Source: a virus (Duplodnaviria; Caudoviricetes). From it: a DNA stretch of 34,653 bases. The DNA lies in the IMG/VR virus record IMGVR_UViG_3300006428_000005, positions 1-34,653 of that record. One strand, given 5' to 3'. Positions 10,011 through 19,181 of this stretch are shown here, piece by piece (position 1 is the first letter of the stretch; every line of letters starts with the position of its first letter). The notes beneath the pieces were generated by a model. That model was not told the origin of the DNA, searched no databases, and was given only the letters and a program-made list of their open reading frames with translations. A program made the position numbers and the translations under genes.

Positions 10011-10095
10011 AAAAATTTTCCCGGTAACTGCGCAAGAATCGGGGTCGACGAGCCCGCAAGCCTTGGCACCCCCCCGTCACAGTACCTTGGACCCC
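10011..10095 (-). promoter_or_regulatory. Putative cos (packaging) region
   Basis: Minus strand AGGTACT...TTGCGGGCTCGTCGACCCCG...GAAAATTTT resembles the lambda cosQ-cosN region; upstream of terS. Confidence 0.6.
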
Positions 10096-11315
10096 TGCGC
10101 CTCGCGGTAGGCATACTCCTTGCCATCGCGCAGCACACGGGCATCCTGATCTGATCCGGCATGCTCAATGAAGCGCTTAACGATCACATCACAGAACTTC
10201 TCTTCGAGTTCAACGGTGTAACAGATTCTATTTCTACGCTCGCACGCGATCAGTGTTGTACCACTGCCTCCGAAGGGGTCAAGGACAATGCAGTTTGTCA
10301 GGCTTGAATTAATAATCGGGTGTTCAATTAGATCCACCGGCTTCATCGTTGGGTGATCCGGATTCTTAGTTGGTCTATCGAACTCCCATATCGTTGATTG
10401 CTTGCGGTCTGAATACCATTGGTGCTTGCCCTTCCTCTTCCATCCGAATAGCACAGGCTCATGCTGCCACTGATACGGGCTTCGCCCCATAACAATGCTC
10501 TGCTTCTTCCAGATGCATGTGCCGGACAGGTAAAACCCTGCGTCGGCAAACGCTCTCCGGAAGTTCAGCCCTTCCGTATCGGCATGGAATACATAGATAG
10601 AAGCGTCCTGCGCCATCGCCGCTTCGGTGTTCTGGAACGCCGCGAGCAGGAAGGTGTAGAACGCTTCGCTTGCCATATGATCATTCTTGAACTTGCCGGC
10701 CACGCCCTCATAGTCCACATTGTACGGAGGATCGGTAACGACAAGGTTTGCCATCTTACCATCCATCAGCAGATCGAAGGTCTCTTTCTTCGTGCTGTCG
10801 CCGCATACGAGCCGGTGCTGTCCAAGCAGCCAGAGATCTCCGCTCTTTGTGATCGGTGGTTTCTGCAGCTCAGCTTCAACGTCAAAGTTGTCCTCGGCAA
10901 GATCTGCGTCAGCCAGCTCGGCGAACAGAAGTTCCAGCTCCTTTTCATCGAATCCGGTAACAGTTGCATCCGCTCCCTCGCCGGTGATGTCCGATAACAG
11001 AATGACGAGCTTCTCCTCGTCCCATTCGCCAGTGATCTTGTTCAGCGCGATATTGAGCTGCTTTTCCTCGACCTCGGTCAGATCGACCACGCTGACTTCG
11101 CTTTCCTCAATGCCAAGATCAAGCAGCACACTGAGCCGCTGGTGACCGCCCACGACATTCCCTGTGGCGCGGTTCCACACAATAGGCTCAACGTTGCCGA
11201 AGGTGAGGATAGAATTCTTCAATTTTTCATACGCAGGATCGCCAGGGCGTAGCGCCTTGCGGGGATTGTACTGCGCCGGCCGAAGCTCCGAGAGCTTCAT
11301 TTTCATTATTTCCAT
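10077..11315 (-). CDS. ParB-like N-terminal domain plus N6/N4 DNA methyltransferase
   Basis: YNPR...VVGGHQRL ParB/Srx motif; TDPPY catalytic motif; HPTMKP; DPFGGSGTT SAM-binding motif. Confidence 0.95.
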   Translation of the reverse strand: MEIMKMKLSELRPAQYNPRKALRPGDPAYEKLKNSILTFGNVEPIVWNRATGNVVGGHQRLSVLLDLGIEESEVSVVDLTEVEEKQLNIALNKITGEWDEEKLVILLSDITGEGADATVTGFDEKELELLFAELADADLAEDNFDVEAELQKPPITKSGDLWLLGQHRLVCGDSTKKETFDLLMDGKMANLVVTDPPYNVDYEGVAGKFKNDHMASEAFYTFLLAAFQNTEAAMAQDASIYVFHADTEGLNFRRAFADAGFYLSGTCIWKKQSIVMGRSPYQWQHEPVLFGWKRKGKHQWYSDRKQSTIWEFDRPTKNPDHPTMKPVDLIEHPIINSSLTNCIVLDPFGGSGTTLIACERRNRICYTVELEEKFCDVIVKRFIEHAGSDQDARVLRDGKEYAYREAQGSKVL

Positions 11316-11433
11316 GGAAAGCGCTCCTCATAGACTTCGTACCCGCTGCTGCCCGGTGGCGAACGAACAGCCCGAGCCGGGAATCCCGCGAAAGGAGCAA
11401 CGCGAGATCGTCGTTAAACAACCTCCAATCCAT

Positions 11434-11466
11434 AGAAATAACCGTCCCCTGCAGAGCAGAGGACGG
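11434..11466 (-). terminator. Intrinsic terminator-like hairpin in the late leader
   Basis: Minus strand CCGUCCUCUGC-UCU-GCAGGGGACGG followed by UUAUUUCU. Confidence 0.6.
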
Positions 11467-11482
11467 CTGGCGTATGATTAAA

Positions 11483-11539
11483 ATTTTACAATATCGATTG
11501 TAGCCGTTTTCGCGTCGATTCATAGACACGTTTGTGACA
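11483..11539 (-). promoter_or_regulatory. Putative activator-dependent late promoter
   Basis: TGTC direct repeats 11 bp apart (11536-39 and 11525-28) right after the regulator stop; -10 candidates TACAAT and TAAAAT; no good -35. Confidence 0.45.
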
Positions 11540-12088
11540 TTAGTCCCGCTCAATCCATTGTATTCCGAAAAGTAAGGCACTCATCTTTTCACAGGCAGCA
11601 TCAAAGTCTCTGTATATGGTGCGCGCATCAACGCTTTCACGATCAGCGATATCCCATACTTGCTCCTCCTTATCCTTCAGACATAATGATTCAAGAACAC
11701 GATACCTTCGCTGTTCCTCTGGCTTTTTGGATGACATGCAAATCGTCTGATATGCTGACAACATTGCATCAATGTGAGCGAGCATAATGGCAGATTTGGC
11801 TTTTGATGAAACGATAGCATCAACATCAACATCGTGCTTGTCTTCCATAAGCCTTTGGAAGAAATCGTAATCCTCGGCTTCTACCTCTGTGAGCGAGGTG
11901 ACAGCGTCGCCGGCGTGAATCTTGATTTCCCTGTAATTTTTCATCAGCCGCTTAGTGTCGCGCAACCGCCGATCAGAGCGCCGCTTTTTTTCCTTTTCCT
12001 TTTCTTTCGCATAAGCCTCGAGAGCGGCCTTTGTCCCCGCCTCGGCAGCCATGCGAATTATGTAATCTTGCGATTTATCTTTCGCCAT
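11540..12088 (-). CDS. Late transcriptional regulator (ArpU/RinA/sigma-70 region 4-like HTH)
   Basis: C-terminal WDIADRESVDARTIYRD HTH; last gene of the early operon before the packaging module. Confidence 0.75.
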   Translation of the reverse strand: MAKDKSQDYIIRMAAEAGTKAALEAYAKEKEKEKKRRSDRRLRDTKRLMKNYREIKIHAGDAVTSLTEVEAEDYDFFQRLMEDKHDVDVDAIVSSKAKSAIMLAHIDAMLSAYQTICMSSKKPEEQRRYRVLESLCLKDKEEQVWDIADRESVDARTIYRDFDAACEKMSALLFGIQWIERD

Positions 12089-12143
12089 CAGCTTTGATCC
12101 TCCCTAACCAATTACTTCCTGCGTTTAAGTCGAGGGTTTTCTT

Positions 12144-12443
12144 TCATGACCGTCCCCACGCCTCTGGCAGCCGAAACAGCTCTACGCTGATTGTGCTTAT
12201 AGCCTCGTTCGCCTCGAAAAACATGTCCTTTATGGCGGCAACATCTTCCTTGGTCGGGTAGTGATCTAAGCCAAGTGGTCTGATGCTGACGGCTTCCCAC
12301 CCATCATCGCCCACAGCGGATATTACGAAAAACCGATGACCATTAACCTCGATGCCGAAGCTTCCGTTTTTGCTGCTTCCGTACATGCCGATCTCATCTC
12401 TTTCGTCCGACCTGCATTTATCAAGTTTACTTAAGTCTTTCAT
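12144..12443 (-). CDS. Hypothetical phage protein
   Basis: SD GGAGGTG; GWEAVS...PT.ED...IKDMFF pattern recurrent in phage proteins. Confidence 0.75.
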   Translation of the reverse strand: MKDLSKLDKCRSDERDEIGMYGSSKNGSFGIEVNGHRFFVISAVGDDGWEAVSIRPLGLDHYPTKEDVAAIKDMFFEANEAISTISVELFRLPEAWGRS

Positions 12444-12455
12444 GTTCGCACCTCC

Positions 12456-12881
12456 TTAAGGGGTTCCATTGTCGATTACCTTCTTTGCCTGTTCCGGGAA
12501 GGAAACCACGGCAGCAGCTCCACCAGCCGCCCGGATTGCTTTTATTGTCTCTTCCTGTATTTTGGATAGCTCCCCGATGAAGGGGCGCTTGATCTCGAAG
12601 CCGTAAAACCTGCCGTCAATGATGGCGCAGACATCCGGAATGCCCTGCCTGCTGTATGGGCCTGCAGCTGCTTTCCAAACGAAGGCCGAAGGGTAGGCTT
12701 CCTGTATCCACTTCATGACGGCGGTTTGGTAATAGCTCTCCTTGGGAAGCGCTTCCCGCATAAGCTTGTCAAAGTCTGCGGCGCTGATCGGTTTCCCGGA
12801 TTTCTTTTTGATCCAGTCCATCATCTCCGATCGGGAAAGGCGGCGGCTCTGCTTCCGGATAGCGATAGCGTTAAGAGCCAT
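12456..12881 (-). CDS. VRR-NUC domain nuclease (Holliday junction resolvase-like)
   Basis: GIPD...FEIKRP...LSKIQ PD-(D/E)xK motif; start reassigned to MALNA (12881). Confidence 0.88.
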   Translation of the reverse strand: MALNAIAIRKQSRRLSRSEMMDWIKKKSGKPISAADFDKLMREALPKESYYQTAVMKWIQEAYPSAFVWKAAAGPYSRQGIPDVCAIIDGRFYGFEIKRPFIGELSKIQEETIKAIRAAGGAAAVVSFPEQAKKVIDNGTP

Positions 12882-13596
12882 AGGACGGCGCTTCCTCAAA
12901 GACCGGCTCCGCATGGTCTGAAGGGGGCTCATCCGTAACCGCCGCCGGTTCCATCTCCCGGTCGGCCTGAGTGAACGGCTCTTTGTTGCCGGCATCAGCC
13001 TCCATCATACGGCTTGCCATCATATCGGCATTGTGGAGTGCCCAGACAGCGGGGCACATTTCGATGGCGTTTCCAAGAGCCAAAGTATCCTGCGTGTCGG
13101 TGTATCCCATGTGCCACCAGATGGCGTACATCTCCCGGTTGCTCAGCTCTATGTACTGCTTGATGATCATGACGCTCTTGTCGCCATGGCCGAGCGGCAT
13201 TCTGTCCTTGACCGAGAAGAACGGGACCTTTTCCCACTTGCCGGTCTGTTCGTTCTTGGCGTTGCGGAGGCTTACCGTGTAGAAGTATGTCTTGCAAATA
13301 TCGTGAAGCAAAGCCATGACGATTACGCTATCATCCGGGATCGTGTCGATCACCTTTCCGGCCGCCCGGTATTCCCACTGGCCGTCTTGCGTGGGGGTCA
13401 TGCTGCCCCGCAGCGCATCCAGAACATTGAGGCTATGCTGGAGAAGCCCTCCCTCGCAGGAGAGGTGGTACTTGGTGCTGGCCGGAGCCTCGTAAAAATC
13501 GCTTTTGCGGATATAGGCCATGAGCTTATCAATACCAGGGCGTTGAACCTTCTCAAGCTCCGCCTCGAATCGTGCAATCAGTGTTTTGGTATCCAT
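12871..13596 (-). CDS. HD-domain phosphohydrolase
   Basis: APAS..YH...GGLLQHSLNV, LLHDICK, GHG, WHMG, AD motifs. Confidence 0.9.
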   Translation of the reverse strand: MDTKTLIARFEAELEKVQRPGIDKLMAYIRKSDFYEAPASTKYHLSCEGGLLQHSLNVLDALRGSMTPTQDGQWEYRAAGKVIDTIPDDSVIVMALLHDICKTYFYTVSLRNAKNEQTGKWEKVPFFSVKDRMPLGHGDKSVMIIKQYIELSNREMYAIWWHMGYTDTQDTLALGNAIEMCPAVWALHNADMMASRMMEADAGNKEPFTQADREMEPAAVTDEPPSDHAEPVFEEAPSYGS

Positions 13597-13610
13597 TTTC
13601 TGTTCCCCTT

Positions 13611-14219
13611 TCATACTGTTTCTGCGGTTTGACTTTCAGCTGCCTCTTCTTTCTGCGGGTCGTCCCCGATGTGAGGCGTGAATGCGTAATTGATGGGATT
13701 GTATTTGTTGTCGATCCAATAGCCGTACTCTGGGTTCTCCTTTCTGGGAAGCCAGAAGGCTTTTAGGATATCGTTGTAAATCCAGCGGTTGCCCGGATTG
13801 CCGGTCCATCTGTTATGACGCTGCCAATATGGGTCAAAGGCTTCATTGTAGAGGCGCTCATACAGTTTGCCAAGCAAGTCTTGGAACTGATCCATGTCCT
13901 GCCGCTCGGTAAGCGAGGACCGCATCCGGTCATAAAGTCCACCCGGCTTACGCTCATCCTGCTTGATGGCGGCGAGCTTCTTCTCCAGCCACTCATTCCC
14001 GGCCTTGTCACCCGGGTGCGTGGGAAATTTCAAAGTGTTGAAATATTCGGTGCAGTACCACTCCCCGAGGCTCTCAACCTCCGCCACCAGCTGATTGTAC
14101 GATTTGGCGTATTTAGTCCGGAGATCCTCGATAGGGACCTTTTCGCGATTCGCCTTGAGCCTTTCCAGTGCCTTTTCGAAGGTCGCGATCTTCTCTGCGA
14201 TTTCGTCCACGGTTTTCAT
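13611..14219 (-). CDS. Hypothetical phage protein
   Basis: 202 aa ORF in operon context; Trp-rich C-terminus. Confidence 0.75.
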   Translation of the reverse strand: MKTVDEIAEKIATFEKALERLKANREKVPIEDLRTKYAKSYNQLVAEVESLGEWYCTEYFNTLKFPTHPGDKAGNEWLEKKLAAIKQDERKPGGLYDRMRSSLTERQDMDQFQDLLGKLYERLYNEAFDPYWQRHNRWTGNPGNRWIYNDILKAFWLPRKENPEYGYWIDNKYNPINYAFTPHIGDDPQKEEAAESQTAETV

Positions 14220-14246
14220 CTCCTTTGCATGGCCCTATCCTGGGTC

Positions 14247-14533
14247 TGTTTCACCTACTCTCAAAAATAGGTGAAACAAAGTTTTCCTTTGACGCAGCGG
14301 GCGTTCCGGGCCTCAGCTTTTCTGTTTCACCTAATTTTTGAAATACACCTTCTTTTTAGAAATTTTACACAACTTACAAAAAATCGTGAATCGTGCAGCA
14401 TTTGCAGAATGCAATAAAATTAGGTGAAACAGGTGAAACAGGTGAAACAGATATTAAAAAGCCTTTATTTTGCAAGGCTTCCACACCATGTGGAAAAGTT
14501 TCACCTAACGTTTCACCTAAAATTAGGTGAAAC
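14247..14533. repeat. Iteron cluster (9 copies of AGGTGAAAC, both orientations); putative replication origin
   Basis: Copies at about 14248(-), 14269(+), 14324(-), 14422/14431/14440 (+, tandem), 14498/14510(-) and 14525(+) around an AT-rich core, directly downstream of the primase/helicase. Confidence 0.8.
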
Positions 14534-14543
14534 GCATTTAGCG

Positions 14544-17303
14544 TTAAAATGGAAGCTCTTCATCGTTGCTATCAAGCTCGGTAAACTCTGAAATCGAGGT
14601 CTGCTTGTCCTGCTGCCAGCCTGCAGGGACTTCGGATTCATCCATATCGTCCATATCGTCGATAGGATCTTTGTTCTCGGATAAGTTTCCAATAAAAAAC
14701 TCAACAAAGCGGGAGCTGCGGTTTCCAAACCGACGCATGACCGAGTAAGTTTTCTTCCCGTTCTTGTCAGCATAGGATGAGATCAGCCCTTGTTCCGATA
14801 GATACTTCATGGTCTTGCGCGGTGAGTACCCGGCCTTCGTCAGCGCCTGATTCAGCATTGAGGGAAATATGTATACCGTGTTCCCCGATTCGGAGAGCAT
14901 GCCGAGGCAGGTGCCTATGGCATTGGTGCCGAAGTAAGCCTTGTTTGACAGTATCCAGTCCACTATGAACTGCGTCGCGTTCTCGTTGACGTCCATGGAG
15001 TTACTCTCCACCTGGTCAATGAGAATATTCGCCGCCATGCGCTTTGCTCTGGCCCACGATTCCGGGGTAATTCCCAACGGTTCCAGAGTTTCCGAATTTG
15101 CCTCTGGATTTTGAACGGGGGTTTCTTCCTTTGAGCCACCGAAGAACCAGCTGTCAATAAGGGCGTCGGCCAGTGCGACCGTCGAGATCCCGGAGATGTG
15201 CGACCCGTTTTTCCCCTCGCTGATTGCCCGGACATAACTCTGCATCTTTTCATATGCTTCACAGATTTGCCGTTCGTGAAGCCCGATGATGCGTTCTACA
15301 AAGGCGGGACCGGCCCAGCCGCAGTCCATGACCGACTGCTGATGCATCAGCCCTGCGTCCTGCTCATTCTCGAATGGGCCGCCGTATATTTCCAGCACAC
15401 GGGTGCTGACACCCGTTTGCGTTGTGTCCGTACTGAGCGGCTCTTCGCCGGTTGCCAAAGCTATGGTGCGCCATTGGTGCGTAGTCTGAAGACCGCCGCC
15501 CTTTGCGCCTCTGATTTTGCCTGTGCCGGACGCGATCATATAGACGACCTTCTCCAGCGTCCCCTGATTGTTCCCCGCGAGCTGCCGCTCATCGATGCCA
15601 AGAGGTAGGTCGCAATAAAAAGCCGCCGTGCGTTCGAGGCCGACCTGCGTGGCGTTGAAATTCACCATCAGCCGTTCCGGGTCGCCCCACGCCGAGAGCG
15701 CCGCTTTTAGGGCAGCGGTCTTGCCTCCCTTTGATCCGCCCCAGTTATATACGAAGAAGATCCTCTGCTTTACGATTCGCAGAAGCGGAGCCGCGAAGCT
15801 GGCCGCAAGGATAAACCTGAACTTATCCCTTGCTCTGTGAGGCGCCATGTGCTCAATCCACTTCTCGAAGGTGCCATTTTGACAATAAGCCGCCGCCATA
15901 CCGCGCTGTGAAGGGTCAATGTCCAGCGTGATCCCCTCCGCGCGGCCGGGGAGGAATCGTCCGCCTGGTTGCCATCCAAACGTGCCGGTTGCATCGGCCT
16001 TTGGAATGATGTCGATGTTCTCCGCTTCCAATGCGCCCAGGAACCGCACCACCTGTTTGGCGTTCTCGCTGGTGATGGTACACCCCAAGTCCGCAAGCGC
16101 TGTGATTGCCCGGCTGGAAAAGATCGTGGAACGTGGGTAGATGGCGGTATTCCATTTGTCGTCTCGTTTGAAGGCAATCTCCATCTTCTCATCACCGGTT
16201 TCCATGCTCTTCAGGCGCTGTGTCAGGATGATCGGCGTTCTGCAGACGCTGGTCGGAGTGAACTTCTTTTCGTCGATTATGCTGATGCCCTTTTCCGAAT
16301 AGAGCCAGTGTTCTGGCTGCCGGAGATTAATTGGCGCGCCGGTGATCGCCTCCGGGACCTGCTCCTTATCGAGATCGATCTTCTCGGCACCGTCGAGCGC
16401 CTCCCGGATCATTCTTGCCGCTTCTTCCTGCCCGTGCTTTATGTAGAGGTCGGAAGGGTCCTTCACACCGAGCCGATCACAGCTCCAGAGATACGCTTCC
16501 CCGATGAATCCGCCCTCTTTTAAGCCGCTGCAGACTTTTGCAACAAAGGTTTCCCCGCCCTTGTCCGGTTCCTTGTGGATATAAAGCTTCAAATCCTGCA
16601 GTACGTCTGCCTGCTGCGGCTTGAACATGGACGCTCCAGCCACGCCAACGGCAGGGATGCCCATATACCAGAGGCTTTGGGTATCTGATTCGCCCTCGAC
16701 CATGACGGCATAACCCACTTTGCGAATTTCCGGGATGTGCCATTCTCCATAGAGGCAGATTTTACCGCTGGAGCCGTACTTCCACCTGAAATCCTTGTTT
16801 CCAAACCTTTTTCTGAAGGTAGATTCCTCGCCATTGATGTCGAGATACGGAATACGGAGAAATGTAGTGCCGTTCCGCTCCTTGCCCGTGCTGACATGGC
16901 AGGTGTCCTGCAGAAAGTCTTCAGGCAGCCGCTTTTCGAAGGAATACTGCCCGACGGTATAAGAAACCATGGCCGGATCTGCCTCACTGGCCTTTTGAGG
17001 TCGTGCCGCCTTGGGGCTCTCCTGACTCAGGCCATATTTATCAAGAATGGCCTTGTAGGCGTCTTTGGTGTCCACCTTGTAATATTCCGCCCAGAAGGAT
17101 ACGAAGTTCCCGCCCCGGTCCTCCGAGAAGCAGTGCCATTGCCCGGTCTTCAGGTCAACGGAGAAGCTGTTGTTCCTGTCTTCGTGAAAAGGGCATAACC
17201 CAGTGAGATTATCGCCGGTGATCTTGTGCTTCTCAATGACGGCGCTGTATTCCGCTTTATAATCGACAATCCTGTCCAGGTCAACCGCATTTTTTGCCGT
17301 CAT
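14544..17303 (-). CDS. Primase-helicase: CHC2 zinc finger, TOPRIM and DUF927 helicase
   Basis: CPFHED..SFSV...WHCF; VEGESD...EPDKGG TOPRIM; Walker A GGSKGGKT; IDERQ Walker B; ATGE. Confidence 0.92.
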   Translation of the reverse strand: MTAKNAVDLDRIVDYKAEYSAVIEKHKITGDNLTGLCPFHEDRNNSFSVDLKTGQWHCFSEDRGGNFVSFWAEYYKVDTKDAYKAILDKYGLSQESPKAARPQKASEADPAMVSYTVGQYSFEKRLPEDFLQDTCHVSTGKERNGTTFLRIPYLDINGEESTFRKRFGNKDFRWKYGSSGKICLYGEWHIPEIRKVGYAVMVEGESDTQSLWYMGIPAVGVAGASMFKPQQADVLQDLKLYIHKEPDKGGETFVAKVCSGLKEGGFIGEAYLWSCDRLGVKDPSDLYIKHGQEEAARMIREALDGAEKIDLDKEQVPEAITGAPINLRQPEHWLYSEKGISIIDEKKFTPTSVCRTPIILTQRLKSMETGDEKMEIAFKRDDKWNTAIYPRSTIFSSRAITALADLGCTITSENAKQVVRFLGALEAENIDIIPKADATGTFGWQPGGRFLPGRAEGITLDIDPSQRGMAAAYCQNGTFEKWIEHMAPHRARDKFRFILAASFAAPLLRIVKQRIFFVYNWGGSKGGKTAALKAALSAWGDPERLMVNFNATQVGLERTAAFYCDLPLGIDERQLAGNNQGTLEKVVYMIASGTGKIRGAKGGGLQTTHQWRTIALATGEEPLSTDTTQTGVSTRVLEIYGGPFENEQDAGLMHQQSVMDCGWAGPAFVERIIGLHERQICEAYEKMQSYVRAISEGKNGSHISGISTVALADALIDSWFFGGSKEETPVQNPEANSETLEPLGITPESWARAKRMAANILIDQVESNSMDVNENATQFIVDWILSNKAYFGTNAIGTCLGMLSESGNTVYIFPSMLNQALTKAGYSPRKTMKYLSEQGLISSYADKNGKKTYSVMRRFGNRSSRFVEFFIGNLSENKDPIDDMDDMDESEVPAGWQQDKQTSISEFTELDSNDEELPF

Positions 17304-17353
17304 CCACGCTCACCGCCCTTTCGCTGTATATTTCCATAGGCTGCTCCCGTCAT

Positions 17354-17379
17354 GCGGGGGTACCTTGCGGTACCCCCGC
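17354..17379 (-). promoter_or_regulatory. Perfect 11-bp GC-rich hairpin with GCAA tetraloop in the primase leader
   Basis: gcgggggtacc-ttgc-ggtacccccgc; no U-tract. Confidence 0.5.
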
Positions 17380-17406
17380 GATTGCAATTCTTTGAACCTG
17401 CTCAGC

Positions 17407-18270
17407 TTAATCCTTGAAGGGCAGATCATCTGCCGGGGCGACCTCTGAAAATTCAGCCTCGCTTGCCGCTTCATCGGTTTGCTCCTGGTCGTCGGCATCA
17501 TGAGCGGCCGGCGTCACCGTGTTATAGTCGTTCAAGGTGATTGCCATTTCCGTATACTTGCCCTTGATCTGACGGCGCAGCTCCTTGGCCATCCCGGAAG
17601 CTGAAGGAGGAAGGATGCCTTTCTTTTCGATGGTTACCTTGCTGTAGGCGATGCCGCCGGCGTTGGTCGCCTTTTCAAGCTTGAAGGAAACGATCAGACC
17701 GGTGTAGGGGATGCCCTTAGTGCCCATGATCCGGGCGAGTTGCTTGTTCACATCCTTGATGGACGTGGGCGGGACGGTCAGGAGGTAGAGGTTCGGGTCA
17801 TTGTCCATCATGATATAGACCCGGCGCATATTCTTGCAGGCCTTACCCTTGCCGCCCTTAATATCAGTGCCGTAAGCGTTGAGGGGGCAATGCTCGCAGT
17901 CGCAGACTTCGCCGGTATCGTTGCGGATGCCAACCTTCCCGTCCATGCTGGAGCAGACCGGGATCTTGTCCCCGTCGTCACCGGAGCCGTACTCCTTTTC
18001 CCAGTAAGCGTTCATGCGATGGGTGAAGACGATCACGCCGCTGACTTCCTTCATGTACTCGACATCGTCCTCATCGTCGCCCTGCACCTCGTAGGCAAGA
18101 CCGCCTCCGGAAGGGATTTTGACCATGCGGCAGGAAATACCGCTCTCGTTGTCCAGATCTTCCATCTGGTCCTGAAGCTCCGCCATCAGTTCCGGGTCCA
18201 TGCCCTCAAAGCGATTTGCAATTTTAAAGCTGTCCATCACAGCAAGTTCCGTTTTCTTAGCCATTTTCAT
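17407..18270 (-). CDS. Putative phage ssDNA-binding protein
   Basis: PVCSSMDG...CEHCPLN...GKACKN pattern; acidic tail ending DDLPFKD; upstream of the primase. Confidence 0.6.
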   Translation of the reverse strand: MKMAKKTELAVMDSFKIANRFEGMDPELMAELQDQMEDLDNESGISCRMVKIPSGGGLAYEVQGDDEDDVEYMKEVSGVIVFTHRMNAYWEKEYGSGDDGDKIPVCSSMDGKVGIRNDTGEVCDCEHCPLNAYGTDIKGGKGKACKNMRRVYIMMDNDPNLYLLTVPPTSIKDVNKQLARIMGTKGIPYTGLIVSFKLEKATNAGGIAYSKVTIEKKGILPPSASGMAKELRRQIKGKYTEMAITLNDYNTVTPAAHDADDQEQTDEAASEAEFSEVAPADDLPFKD

Positions 18271-18279
18271 ATCCTCCTA

Positions 18280-18744
18280 TTATTCGTTTTCGGCTTCGGC
18301 GGGTTCAGCCTCGGCAAAGTCATCATCAGCGGAAGCGACCAGCTCATCCATCGGGGTAGGGCTGCTACTGCCCATCTGCTCCACAATGTAGAGGTCATTC
18401 AGGGTTCTCTGCATCTCGGCGGCCATGCGGACCGCCTGCACTGCGGCGTCGGTTGTGCTGTTGCAAAGGGCGCTGACGGCCTCCAGCGCCGGGAAATTGG
18501 GATCGGGCAGGGTATTAAGCAAAGTGCCCATGTTGTCCTTGATAGCCTTGACCCTGCCCTGCAGGGCGGAGAAGTTTTCTGCGGCGATGCCGTAAGCTTC
18601 GTGCCGGTTGCAAACCTTGGCCGGGGGTGTGTCGCCGCCCACGATCTTGTTCTTGGTGAAGTGGATCGCCGTCAGGATATTCTCCTTGATGTCCAGATCA
18701 GCCTTGAGGGTCATGTCCATTTCCATTTGCTCATAGTCACTCAT
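18280..18744 (-). CDS. Hypothetical phage protein
   Basis: SD GGAGGT; 154 aa, helical, with acidic tail. Confidence 0.8.
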   Translation of the reverse strand: MSDYEQMEMDMTLKADLDIKENILTAIHFTKNKIVGGDTPPAKVCNRHEAYGIAAENFSALQGRVKAIKDNMGTLLNTLPDPNFPALEAVSALCNSTTDAAVQAVRMAAEMQRTLNDLYIVEQMGSSSPTPMDELVASADDDFAEAEPAEAENE

Positions 18745-19181
18745 GATTTTTTACCTCCAATTTTCACACTTTCTTTTCGCCGGGTAATGTCGACGGTATC
18801 GAAGCCCTTGACCACCTTGTCCAGCGCTTCGGAAAGCTCGCCGTTTTCCTCTATGTAGGATTTCATCGTAGCCTGGAGGGTGCGGGGATCTACCTTCTCC
18901 ACGATGATGTCGCCCAGGCCCTCTTCACGCAGGACATCGAAGAACGCCATGCCGCTGTCCTTGATTTCCTCTTCCGACCGCTTGCTGTAGATAGTTTTCT
19001 GTGCGAGGCTGAATGAATAACCGCCGCTGGAAATGCGGGGGCAGTCATCATCAACCATCTGCTGCGCGATTTTTACCTTGCGGTCTTCGATGGCGGCATT
19101 GTTGTCTTTGGTTTGAGCCGCAAGCTCGTCCTTGCGCTCAAGCAGGGTTTGGTACTCCCGTACCATGTCAAGCAGGATCAT
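18741..19181 (-). CDS. Hypothetical phage replication-module protein (N-terminal coiled coil)
   Basis: Start reassigned to MILLDM (SD AAAGGA). Confidence 0.75.
   Translation of the reverse strand: MILLDMVREYQTLLERKDELAAQTKDNNAAIEDRKVKIAQQMVDDDCPRISSGGYSFSLAQKTIYSKRSEEEIKDSGMAFFDVLREEGLGDIIVEKVDPRTLQATMKSYIEENGELSEALDKVVKGFDTVDITRRKESVKIGGKKS

Noticed and set aside
14247-14533. Repeats considered as a CRISPR array
   Set aside because: 9-bp units in mixed orientation with irregular spacing; no cas genes
2086-18858. Other long plus-strand ORFs (for example 2086-2964, 3307-4173, 5953-7008, 17740-18858)
   Set aside because: All lie opposite well-supported minus-strand phage genes and lack recognisable features
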